Origin: Polyangiales bacterium
GTDB taxonomy: Bacteria > Myxococcota_A > Polyangia > Polyangiales > Polyangiaceae
Direction: 5' to 3'
Assembly: GCA_038231275.1 (NCBI GenBank)
Contig: JBBRLQ010000004.1
Location: 320,001-384,000, forward strand
Length of the DNA stretch: 64,000 nt
A program made the translations under genes and the position numbers. This document shows, piece after piece, positions 1 through 9,726 of this stretch; positions within the stretch are counted from its first letter, which is position 1, and the number at the start of each line of letters is the position of its first letter. Below the pieces are notes generated by a model. It did not search any database, was not told the DNA's origin, and worked only from the letters and a program-made list of their open reading frames with translations.

Positions 1-1417
1 TAAACCACTCGTCGTAGACGATCGCGACCTTCACGCCCGCGCTCAGGCGCTGGATGTCGGCCGGCTTCGGCTGCGTGTCGAGGCTCATCCCCTTCACGCG
101 CGCCATGTCGAGCGACGCGAGGCCCATGAGATCGAGCATCGGCTCGTCGCCTAGCCACGCAACGGCGCCGATGTCGTTCACCGCGACGCGATCTTTCGGG
201 AAATACTCGGCCAGAAAACGTGCACTCTGCATCTGTTGTTCGAAGATGTTCCGGCACGCGGTGGGCGTCTGATCGTCGGCGCGCGCAGCGCGAACGCGCA
301 GCGGCATGGCGAAGAGGAAGACGACGAGCACCGCCGCAGCCCCCGTCACCGGCGCCGCGCGCAGCTTCGCGACGATGTCCCGCGGCGCCGGCAGGAGCGA
401 GCCCAGCGCCAACGCGGAGAAGAGAATGCCGGTGGCGAGCAGGTAGGACTCGTAGCGGAAGAACCATCCGACGCTCGCGAGCTCGAGATGCATCAGGGTC
501 ATGCCGGTGGTGATCCCGAGGGCGAGACCCAACGCCGACAGCGCGCGCCCGCGCGTGATCAAGAACCCGAGCAGCGCGCACGCGAGGACGACGGCCAGCA
601 CGGCGCCTTCGGTCCCGAGGCGGTCCATCAGATCAACGCCGAGCACGTCGCCGAGGTGCGACCAGTCGAGGTGACGACCCTTGAGCACCACCGGCGTCGG
701 CAAGAAAAGCCCGCCCTTCGCCTTTGCGTACGCTCCGAAGAGGAAGATCGGCGCCGCGCCCACCGCCGACACGATCGCCCCCTCCTTGAAGCGCCCTCGA
801 CGCCACGCGATGAGCGCGACCAGCGCCACCGGGAACGCCCCTTCGTACCGCCACAAGGTCGTCGCCGCCGCGCACAAGGCGACGGGCCACACGCGCCCGC
901 GCTCGTCCTTCGCCAGCCACGCGCTCGCCATCGCGACGAACGCGATCGTCGCGGTCGCGTGCGCGGTGTGCTCCATCCCGAGCACTACGACCGTAGGCAG
1001 CGGCGTGAGCACCACCACCGCGAGCCCGGCGAGGAGCCGCCCGAGCGGCGTGACCTCCGGCAGCACGCGCCGCGCCGCCCGATCGGCGATGAACAAGAGC
1101 GCCACGCCGCACACGAGGTTGATGGCCAAGGGCAGCCACGCGTGCACGCCAAAAATCTTCATGGCGAGCGCGAGCAAGAGCGGCCAGCCGATCGACGACG
1201 ACGCCGCGGTAAACTCCCGCGCCGAGACCCCGTACACCCCGTCGAGCGCGATGTGCTTTGCCAGCGCGAGGTGAATGAAGGCGTCGTCGACGGGATACGA
1301 GATCACGCCGCCGGTGTGCCGCAGCGCCGCCTTGTACATAAGCGCGACGTGCGCCGAGAGCACCGCCGCGGGGAGCACGGGTACCCACGACGAGAGCTTG
1401 CTCCACGCGGTCGTCAC
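1..1417 (-). CDS. Polytopic membrane protein, GT-C-fold glycosyltransferase-like (3' end runs off the window)
   Basis: Not in the ORF track. Manual translation from GTG at 1417, which overlaps the upstream stop (GTGA), gives MTTAWSKLSSW...ISYPVDDAFIHLALAKHIALDGVYG...ASSSIGWPLLL followed by hydrophobic helices. A DD pair after the first TM helix is typical of GT-C enzymes. Confidence 0.6.
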   Translation of the reverse strand, partial: MTTAWSKLSSWVPVLPAAVLSAHVALMYKAALRHTGGVISYPVDDAFIHLALAKHIALDGVYGVSAREFTAASSSIGWPLLLALAMKIFGVHAWLPLAINLVCGVALLFIADRAARRVLPEVTPLGRLLAGLAVVVLTPLPTVVVLGMEHTAHATATIAFVAMASAWLAKDERGRVWPVALCAAATTLWRYEGAFPVALVALIAWRRGRFKEGAIVSAVGAAPIFLFGAYAKAKGGLFLPTPVVLKGRHLDWSHLGDVLGVDLMDRLGTEGAVLAVVLACALLGFLITRGRALSALGLALGITTGMTLMHLELASVGWFFRYESYLLATGILFSALALGSLLPAPRDIVAKLRAAPVTGAAAVLVVFLFAMPLRVRAARADDQTPTACRNIFEQQMQSARFLAEYFPKDRVAVNDIGAVAWLGDEPMLDLMGLASLDMARVKGMSLDTQPKPADIQRLSAGVKVAIVYDEWF

Positions 1418-3486
1418 GGAGCGCGCTCCAGGTCCAGCACCACCATACCAGCCTCGTCGTGGAGGTGCTTCCGTGACGCTCCCAGTGCGGCCAGATTGTC
1501 GATGACGTCAACGAAGTATGGCGCGTAGATGCGCCAGATTTCTTCCGGATCGTACGCGTGATCGAGCCACACGCTTCGGCGGTACTGGAACGTCGAGTGC
1601 TCGGACTCGACGTACGCGACGTACCGGATCCCCAGTCCCGCGAAATAGGCGGCAAGCGGCTCGGGTCCGGAGAAGCAGGGGAGACTCGGGGGCGGGCTGG
1701 AGGCGCCGGGCATGTCGAGGTTCCACACCTCGTTCCGACCGAAGTCCAAATAAAATGGCTGATCGACCATCACAAGAAGGCGAGCGCCTGCAGGCACGGC
1801 CTCCTGGATGCGGCGGTAGGCTCCGGCGATCGGCGGCTCGCGCTGGGGAGGGACCGTTCGACGCATCATCTCGTCGAGATCGCGTAAACGGCCATCGAAC
1901 ATCGTCAGGGTACGTGCCGCGTTGCCCTCGAGACACGCAAGCAGGCCGAAGAGCGCCACGCCCGCGAGAAGAAGCGCACGGAGAGAGGACGACTCGCGCC
2001 ACCGCACGCCGGTCGCCGTCACATGCCACGTCGAGAAGCTCGCGGCGGCGAGAAAGCCGTGGTCGTAGCGCGCGAGATCCACGACGTTCGAGAGGCTGAA
2101 CCCCCACGCGAGGAACACGACGGAAACCAGTCCGGCGACCCAGGCGCTGACGAGGACCCGCCGCGACGACGCCTCCCGCAACGACAGGCCAACGAACGCG
2201 AGGAGCGGGATCGTGGATATCGGCTCGGTGGAGAACCAGATCTTGACGCAGAACCGGGCGACTTTGCCGACGGTCATTCCCTCGGCCTGCATCCGCAGCC
2301 CGGCGCGAAACGTCCCTCGCACAACGGGAAAGAGAAACGTCAGATTGGATCGGTAGAGGAGGACGAGCCACGGCGCGACGAGCAAGGCGGTCAAAACCAG
2401 CGCCACGATCGGCTCCACTAGGCGCGCGCGAAACGGCCGCCGCACACGCGAGAGCGCGAACCCATACGAGAGGAGGACGACGAGCGCGACCGTCACCTGG
2501 TAGTTCTGCCGTAAGGTGCACGTTGCCGCGCTGACCAACGCCAGCGGCAGCGTGCGGCGCACCGCCGCGCGCACGTCCGTCGACAGCGTGTCCGGCATCG
2601 CGTCGAGCGTCTGCACGAGAGCCAGAAAGAAGACGACGCCCGAGACGAAGCTTGCCGTGTTGATGCTCGTGTTGGGAAGACACACGAAGAAGAGAACGCT
2701 CACGATCCGCACGAGAGTGGGAACCTTGGCGCCACGGATGCGGTGGGTGGCGAGCAACCCGACCACGAGCAGCAGGCACACGCCGCGGTCGAAGACGTTC
2801 AGGTGCTCGACGCCGATTCGCGCCAGGAGCATCGCGTGGAAGAGTGCCTGCCCGCCGAGCGTGCTCATGCGGCGGAAGCTGAACGGATCGAGGAGCGTGC
2901 CGCGCTCGAGGAGCTGCTTGGCGAAGGGGTAGTAGGAGATGTCGTCGTCGAACGGGTTCGAGGAGACGTCACTGGCGCCGCCGAGGTAGAGGACTGCAAT
3001 GGCGATTGCCACGAAGGTGACGATCGCCGCGAGTGGAGGATGCGCGCGCATCGCACGAAATCGCGCGCGGAGCTCGTGGACGAGGATGACCCGCGCCACA
3101 GGGCGGCTCCAGGTCCAGCCGAGCACGAGGTGGCCGCCCGCTACCGACAAGAGGAGCAACGGCCGCGAGATCATGTCGACGCTCGCGAGGACGCCGCCAG
3201 CACACACCATCGCGCTCGCGCCCCACACCGCAGAGAGCGGCAACGACACGCGCTGCGTCGGCCAGCACGCGCGCGCGACGAGGGAGCCCCACCCCGCGAA
3301 GGCGCAGAGCAACGCGAGGCCCCACACGCTTGTGCGCACGAGCTCGTCCTTCGGCAGCCATCCTAGGAAGGGCACGCCGTAGAGCGCCGCGAGCGCCGCG
3401 CAAAGGACAGCCGCGACGACCTTTCCGTCGCGCTGGGTCCGTCGCGCCCGCAGTCTCTCCAACGTCGCGGCGCCCGCGGCGGTCAT
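1414..3486 (-). CDS. Large polytopic membrane protein, possible GT-C glycosyltransferase
   Basis: Many TM segments and an NPFDDDISYYPFAKQLL acidic loop. ATGA overlap with the upstream gene places the start at 3486. Confidence 0.6.
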   Translation of the reverse strand: MTAAGAATLERLRARRTQRDGKVVAAVLCAALAALYGVPFLGWLPKDELVRTSVWGLALLCAFAGWGSLVARACWPTQRVSLPLSAVWGASAMVCAGGVLASVDMISRPLLLLSVAGGHLVLGWTWSRPVARVILVHELRARFRAMRAHPPLAAIVTFVAIAIAVLYLGGASDVSSNPFDDDISYYPFAKQLLERGTLLDPFSFRRMSTLGGQALFHAMLLARIGVEHLNVFDRGVCLLLVVGLLATHRIRGAKVPTLVRIVSVLFFVCLPNTSINTASFVSGVVFFLALVQTLDAMPDTLSTDVRAAVRRTLPLALVSAATCTLRQNYQVTVALVVLLSYGFALSRVRRPFRARLVEPIVALVLTALLVAPWLVLLYRSNLTFLFPVVRGTFRAGLRMQAEGMTVGKVARFCVKIWFSTEPISTIPLLAFVGLSLREASSRRVLVSAWVAGLVSVVFLAWGFSLSNVVDLARYDHGFLAAASFSTWHVTATGVRWRESSSLRALLLAGVALFGLLACLEGNAARTLTMFDGRLRDLDEMMRRTVPPQREPPIAGAYRRIQEAVPAGARLLVMVDQPFYLDFGRNEVWNLDMPGASSPPPSLPCFSGPEPLAAYFAGLGIRYVAYVESEHSTFQYRRSVWLDHAYDPEEIWRIYAPYFVDVIDNLAALGASRKHLHDEAGMVVLDLERAP

Positions 3487-4052
3487 TCGTTCGAGCCGAT
3501 CGGCTTCCAAAGGAACCCCGTCGTCGAGAAGCCGAGATCGCGCAGCTCGCCGGGAGGGCGCGCGGTGTTAGCGACGGTGATCGCGAGATCGACCCACTCG
3601 GAGCTTGCGAGGAGCCATCTAGGGACGCGGAGCGTCTGCACGAACGAATGGTTCGGTGGTTCGAGCCGCGCGAGCACGTGCCCATTCACCGCGAACTCCA
3701 TGTGGCAAGAACGAAAGCCCACGTGCTCCCAGGGCACCCAACCGTGGATCTGGAGCTCCATGTCTTGGAGCGGCTGATTCATCGGCTTGGTGCGCAGCCG
3801 CACGATGCCGCGCTTGCCCATCCATCGCCACGCGCCGCCGGTCTTGGGATCGTTCTCGATGCCGTGCCAGCCGTCGTAAAAGACGAGGTCGGGCGAGCCG
3901 TTGAGGACGTCGCGGAGGACCATCTGGCCCTCGACCGCCTTTGCGCGCGTCCACGCAGGGCGCGTCATCCGGTCCTGGTCCACCGACTCGCCGCAGCCCG
4001 CGACGGCGGCGGCCAGCAAGGCGATGACCAGCGGAAAGCGAGGCTGCCCCAT
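3483..4052 (-). CDS. Hypothetical lipoprotein
   Basis: Signal peptide and lipobox (LLAAAVAG-C); beta-rich body (GWHGIE..WRWMG); coupled to the downstream gene. Confidence 0.7.
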   Translation of the reverse strand: MGQPRFPLVIALLAAAVAGCGESVDQDRMTRPAWTRAKAVEGQMVLRDVLNGSPDLVFYDGWHGIENDPKTGGAWRWMGKRGIVRLRTKPMNQPLQDMELQIHGWVPWEHVGFRSCHMEFAVNGHVLARLEPPNHSFVQTLRVPRWLLASSEWVDLAITVANTARPPGELRDLGFSTTGFLWKPIGSNE

Positions 4053-4062
4053 AGCTGCGGTC

Positions 4063-4815
4063 TCAGCGGCCCATGCCCCAGACCTCGCCCGTCACCCACG
4101 TCGCGTCCAAGAGCGCGAGGACGACGTGCACGACCTCCTCCGCTGTGCCGAATCGGCCGAGGAGCGAGCGCGTCGCGAGGCGGTGGGTTCGGAGCGGATC
4201 CTTGTCGGCCTCGGGGTCGGCGACGATGCCGAGCTGGACGACGTTGACGCGCACGTCCGGCGCCAGCTCCGCAGCGAGCGCGCGAAGGCCCGTTTGCACA
4301 GCGCCCTTCGCGACGAGGTAGGCGACATGGTTCGTGTACGGCTTGGTGGTGCCCGCGTCGCCGAGCGCCACGACGGCTCCCTTCGCGCGCGCGAGATCTC
4401 CGGACAGCGCGTGCACCAAGAGAAGAGGCGCGACGGCGTGGACCGTGAAAGTGCGCTCGAGATCCTCACGCCGGAGCTCATCGAACGGGGTCCGCGGGAA
4501 GGGGCCGCACGCGAGGACCACGTCGTCGATGGGGCCAATCCCGTTCTGGAGGCCGGCCACGATGCGCTCGACGGCGTCAGGGTGGGAGAGATCCGACGTG
4601 ACGAACGGCGGCGGCCTCTCCCCCTCGCCCGACTTGCCGGCGCTAGCAACCTTGCCGAGCTCCGCCGACAACGCCGCGAGCTTGTTGGGATCACGCGCCG
4701 TCAGGACGACCTTGTCCCCGCGCGCCACGAGCGCGTGCGCGATCGCCACACCTAGCCGGCCCGTGGCCCCGACGACGAGGATCGTGCGTCCGTGCGCGGC
4801 GCTGGGCGGGACCAT
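4063..4815 (-). CDS. SDR family oxidoreductase (pteridine reductase-like)
   Basis: GATGRLG Rossmann motif, YLVAK (YxxxK), VRVN, C-terminal WVTGE. Confidence 0.85.
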   Translation of the reverse strand: MVPPSAAHGRTILVVGATGRLGVAIAHALVARGDKVVLTARDPNKLAALSAELGKVASAGKSGEGERPPPFVTSDLSHPDAVERIVAGLQNGIGPIDDVVLACGPFPRTPFDELRREDLERTFTVHAVAPLLLVHALSGDLARAKGAVVALGDAGTTKPYTNHVAYLVAKGAVQTGLRALAAELAPDVRVNVVQLGIVADPEADKDPLRTHRLATRSLLGRFGTAEEVVHVVLALLDATWVTGEVWGMGR

Positions 4816-4946
4816 CCACTTTCCTATACCGCGCTCGCCCGGCCAGGTGAGCGCAAAACGAGGGGGGCCCGGTGGTCCGACCCCACGGCAACCATGCGCA
4901 TTTGCGTAGGCACTCGGGCGAAAACTCGACTACGTATGAGGAGAAG

Positions 4947-5246
4947 ATGAGCGACAAGCGCTCCCCGAATGACTCGGTTACTTCCGGCGACACGTCGCCC
5001 GGCGCGATCCCGCACGTCTTGAGCGACGCCGACGTGACCAAGCTATGGGACCGCTTCAAGGGGGGCTTCGTGGTCCGATGCCCGAAGGACGACGCGCCGC
5101 TGGCACTCGCCGTCGACGGCGCCGCCAAGAGCTACCGCCTCGTGTGCACGCGATGTGGAAACGCGTCGCTCTGGTTCGAGACCAACGGCGGCGTCATCCA
5201 AGTGCGCAACGCCGACGAGCCCGTCGGCCCCGGCGCCGACGACTGA
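4947..5246 (+). CDS. Small putative zinc-ribbon protein
   Basis: GAGGAG RBS before ATG 4947; CPKD...CTRC pair; 99 aa. Confidence 0.6.
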   Translation: MSDKRSPNDSVTSGDTSPGAIPHVLSDADVTKLWDRFKGGFVVRCPKDDAPLALAVDGAAKSYRLVCTRCGNASLWFETNGGVIQVRNADEPVGPGADD

Positions 5247-5298
5247 ATCGAAACGCGACTTGCGTCGCGGCTGAAACCGCGCGCGCCGCGTAGCCACC

Positions 5299-5346
5299 TT
5301 GACAGGATCGTCCGTCGTACCCAAATAGAGTACTAGATACTCTTTT
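5299..5346 (+). promoter_or_regulatory. Sigma70-type -35 (TTGACA) plus candidate NrtR operator
   Basis: TTGACA at 5299-5304. Palindrome AGAGTA-CTAGA-TACTCT at 5327-5343 contains GT-N7-AC and lies 12 bp before the operon's first ATG. Confidence 0.7.
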
Positions 5347-5355
5347 CGAGGTACG

Positions 5356-6138
5356 ATGTCATACCCCCTCCCCCCCTCCAACTTCGCCGCGCTCGGCGGC
5401 TCCGTGATCGGAAGCGATCATCGGCGCGCGCTGCGGAACAATCAGGACGGCCTCGCGTTCGCGAGCGACGACGGCTTCATCGTCGCCGTCGTGACCGACG
5501 GGTGCTCGTCGGGGCGGGCCAGCGAGGTCGGCGCGCGGCTCGGCGCGGCGTACCTCGCGGCGCGGACGCTCGACGTCGCTCCCCGCGCGCTGGACGCGCA
5601 GGCGACGGCGTCGAGCGTGGCGGCGGCGGTGACGGAATGGTTGGACGATGTCGCCTCTGCGTTCGGCGCGCGCCGAAAAGACGCGATCGCGGACATGCTC
5701 CTCTTCACGTTCCTCGTGGCGGTCGTCGGCCCCACGCGCGCGTTCGTCTTCGGCGTCGGCGACGGCGTCGTATCACTCAACGGGCTCACCCTGGCGCTCG
5801 ATGCCGGGCCCGACAACGCGCCCGCCTACGCCGCGTACGGTCTCCTCGGCGCCGCGCCGCCCCCGATCGTCCACGTCGACGTCCCGACGCCGCTCGTCCG
5901 CTCCCTCGCCATCGCGACCGACGGCGCCCTCGATCTCCTCGCGCGCGCCGACGAAGCGCTCGACGGCGGCGCCCCGCAGCGCGGGCTCGACCAGTTCGAG
6001 GACGATCCCGTCTACCTCAAGAACCCGTCGCTCCTCCAGAAGCGCCTCGTCGTCATCGGCGAGCGCAACGCTCGACTTCGGGACGACACGACCGTCGCCC
6101 TCGTACGCCGAAGGGATGTGCCGCCGTGCGTGTCGTGA
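5356..6138 (+). CDS. PP2C-family protein phosphatase (TerY-P triad type)
   Basis: SVIGSDH..NNQD, VVTDGCSSG..SEVGA, GVGDG, IATDG and DDTT metal-binding motifs. Confidence 0.85.
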   Translation: MSYPLPPSNFAALGGSVIGSDHRRALRNNQDGLAFASDDGFIVAVVTDGCSSGRASEVGARLGAAYLAARTLDVAPRALDAQATASSVAAAVTEWLDDVASAFGARRKDAIADMLLFTFLVAVVGPTRAFVFGVGDGVVSLNGLTLALDAGPDNAPAYAAYGLLGAAPPPIVHVDVPTPLVRSLAIATDGALDLLARADEALDGGAPQRGLDQFEDDPVYLKNPSLLQKRLVVIGERNARLRDDTTVALVRRRDVPPCVS

Positions 6139-7871
6139 TCGAAGGAGAGCTGGTCACGCTCGACGACGCGTCGATCCTCGGACAAGGAGGAGAGGGGCGC
6201 GTCTACCGACTCGGCGCCCGCGCCGTGAAGATCTTCCACGCAATCTCGAAGGAGAAGGCGCAGAAGCTCGAGGCGTTTCCTCGCGGCCTCCCGCGCGGCG
6301 TCGTCGCGCCGATTCATCTCGTGCGCGATCCGAAGAGCGACGCGATCGTCGGCTACACGATGGAGCTCGTGGCCGGCGCGACGGACGCGATGCGCCTCTC
6401 GTCGCGGCGCTTCCGGCAGGGGGCCATCAGGAACGACGTCGTGTGCGCCATCCTGCGACGCTTGCACGCGCTGGTCGGGCAGGTCCACGCGCGCGACGTG
6501 ATCGTCGGCGACCTGAACGACGGCAACGTGGTCTTCACCGGCACGCAGCCGTGGCTGATCGACACCGACTCGATGCAGCTCCGCGGGCACCTCTGCACCG
6601 TCGCGCACGAGCGCTTCCTCGACCCTCGCCTCTTCGGCGCCGATCTCACGCGCGCCCCGGCGTTCGACGCGGCGAGCGATTCGTACGCGCTGGCGGTCAT
6701 GGCGTTCGCGAGCCTCCTCTACGTTCACCCGTACGGCGGCCAGCACAAGACGATCCCGACGATGCTGCGCCGCGCCGAGGCGAGTCACAGCGTGCTGCGG
6801 TCCGACGTCGCCTACCCGCGCGCCGCGACGCCGTTCGCGGTCCTCACGGACGATCTCCTCCATCATTTTTCTCGGACGTTCGATCACGGCGCGCGCTCTC
6901 CGATCTCCGAGGCGCTGCTCTCGCCGCGCTGGACGACGTGCTCGTGCGGCATCGAGCACGCGCGCGTGAAGTGCCCCGTGTGCGCGACGCGGGCGCACGT
7001 GCCGGGTCCGGTCGCTGCAGGGGTTCGCGTCATGCGTGTCTTCGCCACGAAGGGGCGGATCGTCGCGGCGGCCGTGCAGGGCCGCGTCCTCGCGTACGCA
7101 CACGTCGACGACGCCGACGTTCTCCGTCGGGAAGACGGTATCGCGATCCCCGTCGCCCTCTCGCCCACGGCGCGCGTGAGGATCGCCGGCGCCAGCACGT
7201 GGATCCACGACGGCGGCGTCGCTGTCCAGGTCGTGCGCGGCGAAATCGTCCTACGCGCCGAGGCTGCGGCGATGGGTGCCGGCCTCGCCGGCGTGTTTCT
7301 GGCCAACGGTGACTGGCTCACGGACGCCACCACCACCGCGCGGGTAGGGCAAGTCCTCGCGGGGACCACCTGGCTCGAGGTCGGCGATCGCTTCGGCGTC
7401 GGCTTCTACCGCGCGGGCGCCATCACGGTCGGGTTCGTCGTTCGCCCCGGGCGCGGAATGCTCCGCGTGGAGCTGCCGGTCATTCACGGGCGCCTCGTCG
7501 ACGCGTCGGTCACGTTCGACGGCGCGCGCGCCCTCCTCGGCATCGCCACCGAGACGGGCGGTCACGTCTCTCACGCGCTCCACGTGGTGCAAGACGACGG
7601 CGAAATCCTCGCACGCGCCAGCGGCTCGCCCGAGTCGCGTCCGCTCCTGGCGAGCGTCTTCGGCAAGTGCATGGCTGGCGGCGCGATCGTCTCGGCCACC
7701 GACGATGGGCTCGTCCTCGCGCGTCCCGATCTCGCGACCGGCGATCTCGAAGAGACCCGCACCTTTCCCGCGACGCGCGATTTCGTCGCCGCGGGCGTCG
7801 ACATCCTTGCGGGGCCGCAGGGCTCCGTTTACCTCGTCCAGACGGGCGAGATCCTTCAGCTCACCATTTGA
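6126..7871 (+). CDS. Atypical Ser/Thr protein kinase with Zn ribbon and beta-rich C-terminal domain (TerY-associated type)
   Basis: LGQGGEGRVY, AVKIF, VGDLNDGN, IDTDS; CSC..H....CPVC. GTG 6126 overlaps the PP2C stop. Confidence 0.85.
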   Translation: MRVVIEGELVTLDDASILGQGGEGRVYRLGARAVKIFHAISKEKAQKLEAFPRGLPRGVVAPIHLVRDPKSDAIVGYTMELVAGATDAMRLSSRRFRQGAIRNDVVCAILRRLHALVGQVHARDVIVGDLNDGNVVFTGTQPWLIDTDSMQLRGHLCTVAHERFLDPRLFGADLTRAPAFDAASDSYALAVMAFASLLYVHPYGGQHKTIPTMLRRAEASHSVLRSDVAYPRAATPFAVLTDDLLHHFSRTFDHGARSPISEALLSPRWTTCSCGIEHARVKCPVCATRAHVPGPVAAGVRVMRVFATKGRIVAAAVQGRVLAYAHVDDADVLRREDGIAIPVALSPTARVRIAGASTWIHDGGVAVQVVRGEIVLRAEAAAMGAGLAGVFLANGDWLTDATTTARVGQVLAGTTWLEVGDRFGVGFYRAGAITVGFVVRPGRGMLRVELPVIHGRLVDASVTFDGARALLGIATETGGHVSHALHVVQDDGEILARASGSPESRPLLASVFGKCMAGGAIVSATDDGLVLARPDLATGDLEETRTFPATRDFVAAGVDILAGPQGSVYLVQTGEILQLTI

Positions 7872-7904
7872 CGCATCATCTGAAACCGACCGGAGGTAAA
7901 CGCC

Positions 7905-8876
7905 ATGACTCTTCCCATCCCCGCGATCTACGAAAAGAAGCTGGTCTCGGAGGTCTACATCGAGCGCGCGAGCGTCGTCGCCGATCTCGCCGAGGAGCAC
8001 GCCAAGAAGTACGGAGTGCTCCCTGCCGCGCAGGACAAGTTCCGCATCTGCGCGTTCGGCATCGACGCGCAGGTCGGCTTCTGCACGCCAGGCGCGAGCC
8101 TGTTCGTCCCCGGCGCGGTCGAGGACACCGATCGCGCGATCCGTTTCATCTACCAGAACCTCGACAAGATCACGGCGCTCCACTTCTCGATGGACACGCA
8201 CCGCGTCTTCCAGATTTTTCACCCTGCTTTCTGGATCGACGCGCATGGCAAGCACCCGGGGCCCTTCACGCCGATCTCGCATGAGGACGTGAAGACCGGG
8301 AAATGGCAGCCGATCAGCCATCCAAAAGAGGCGCTCGAGTATACGAAGAAGCTCGAGACGAGCGGCAAGTACACGCTCAATGTGTGGCCCTACCACACGC
8401 TGCTCGGCGGCCTATCGCACGCGCTCGTGCCGGCTCTCATGGAGGCGTCCATCTTTCACGCGGTCGCGCGGCGCCACCAGACGCACTTCGAGACGAAAGG
8501 GACCCACGCGATGACCGAGAACTACTCGGTCCTGTCGCCCGAAGTGCAGGAGCTCGGCGGCAAGGCGGTCGGCGGCTTCAACACGGCGTTCTTCCGGATG
8601 CTCATGGAGTACGACCGCATCTACGTGTACGGGCAGGCCAAGTCGCACTGCGTGCTGTCGACGCTGAACGACATGCGCGATCACATCCGCTCCGTGGATC
8701 CCGCGCTCATGGACAAGGTGTGGATCCTGGAGGACGCGATGAGCCCGGTGCCGGCGCCGCCCATCGATCCGCTACCTCCGTCGCTCGACTTTCCGAAGAT
8801 CGCCGAGCGCGCCATCGCCGACCTTGCCCGCGCGGGCATGCACGTCGTCAAGACCACCGATCCCATCGTGATTTGA
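7905..8876 (+). CDS. Isochorismatase-superfamily cysteine hydrolase, nicotinamidase (PncA)-like
   Basis: IDAQVGFC (Asp), MDTH and WPYH (metal ligands), TKG (Lys), GQAKSHCV (Cys nucleophile); GGAGG RBS. Confidence 0.8.
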   Translation: MTLPIPAIYEKKLVSEVYIERASVVADLAEEHAKKYGVLPAAQDKFRICAFGIDAQVGFCTPGASLFVPGAVEDTDRAIRFIYQNLDKITALHFSMDTHRVFQIFHPAFWIDAHGKHPGPFTPISHEDVKTGKWQPISHPKEALEYTKKLETSGKYTLNVWPYHTLLGGLSHALVPALMEASIFHAVARRHQTHFETKGTHAMTENYSVLSPEVQELGGKAVGGFNTAFFRMLMEYDRIYVYGQAKSHCVLSTLNDMRDHIRSVDPALMDKVWILEDAMSPVPAPPIDPLPPSLDFPKIAERAIADLARAGMHVVKTTDPIVI

Positions 8877-8890
8877 GAAGGAGCAACGCC

Positions 8891-9685
8891 ATGACGACAT
8901 CCACGGAAATTGCGGAGATTCAGGCACTCCTCTCGAACGCCCAGGCCGCCGGCACGATCGGCGCGGCCACGTCCTATGCGCTGTCCGGTCACCTCGGCGC
9001 GGTCGTCGTCGCGGGGGCGGCGGGGCTCGCGATGGAAGACATCGCGTCGAGCGATGTGACGCTCGTGACGGTCCTCATCGACGCGTCGTCGAGCATCCAT
9101 TCGCGCGGGCTCGAGGACGCGGTGCGTGAGGGGCAGAACCTCCTCGTCGACGCGTTCGACAAGGCCAAGGAGAAGGACAGCGTGCTCATGGCGCTTTGGA
9201 CCTTCAACGACGAGCTCCGGGTTCATCACGCGTACGTGCCGGTCGACACGTGCAGCCGCCTCGATCCGTCGACGTACGCCGGCGTCGGCGGCACGCGCCT
9301 TTACGACACGTGGTGCGACGCGCTCGCCGCGAACGTGGCCTACGCGCAGCGCCTTCGCGACGGAGGAACACCGTGCAAGAGCGTGGTCGTGGTGATCACC
9401 GATGGCGAGGACTGCGGCTCACGGAGGACCGCGAAGGACTGCGAGAAGCTCAGTCGCGAGCTGCTGGCCAGCGAGCAGTTCACGCTGGCATTCGTGGGCG
9501 TGGGCAGCGACGTGGACTTTCGCGCGGTCGCCAAGCGAATGGGCGTGCCGGACGGGAGCGTCGCGGTGCAGGCCAACACGTCACCTGCGGCGCTGCGGCA
9601 GATGTTCCACATGGTGAGTCAGTCGGCGATCCGCGCGAGCCGCGCCAACGTCACGCCGGGCGGCACGGGCTTCTTCGGTCCGTAG
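8891..9685 (+). CDS. vWA domain protein (TerY-like)
   Basis: MIDAS motif: LIDASSS, GGTRLYD, VITDGED; AAGGAG RBS. Confidence 0.85.
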   Translation: MTTSTEIAEIQALLSNAQAAGTIGAATSYALSGHLGAVVVAGAAGLAMEDIASSDVTLVTVLIDASSSIHSRGLEDAVREGQNLLVDAFDKAKEKDSVLMALWTFNDELRVHHAYVPVDTCSRLDPSTYAGVGGTRLYDTWCDALAANVAYAQRLRDGGTPCKSVVVVITDGEDCGSRRTAKDCEKLSRELLASEQFTLAFVGVGSDVDFRAVAKRMGVPDGSVAVQANTSPAALRQMFHMVSQSAIRASRANVTPGGTGFFGP

Positions 9686-9726
9686 ACGTCGCGAAGGGCC
9701 GCCGGCATCGGGTATGGTGACGGCGC

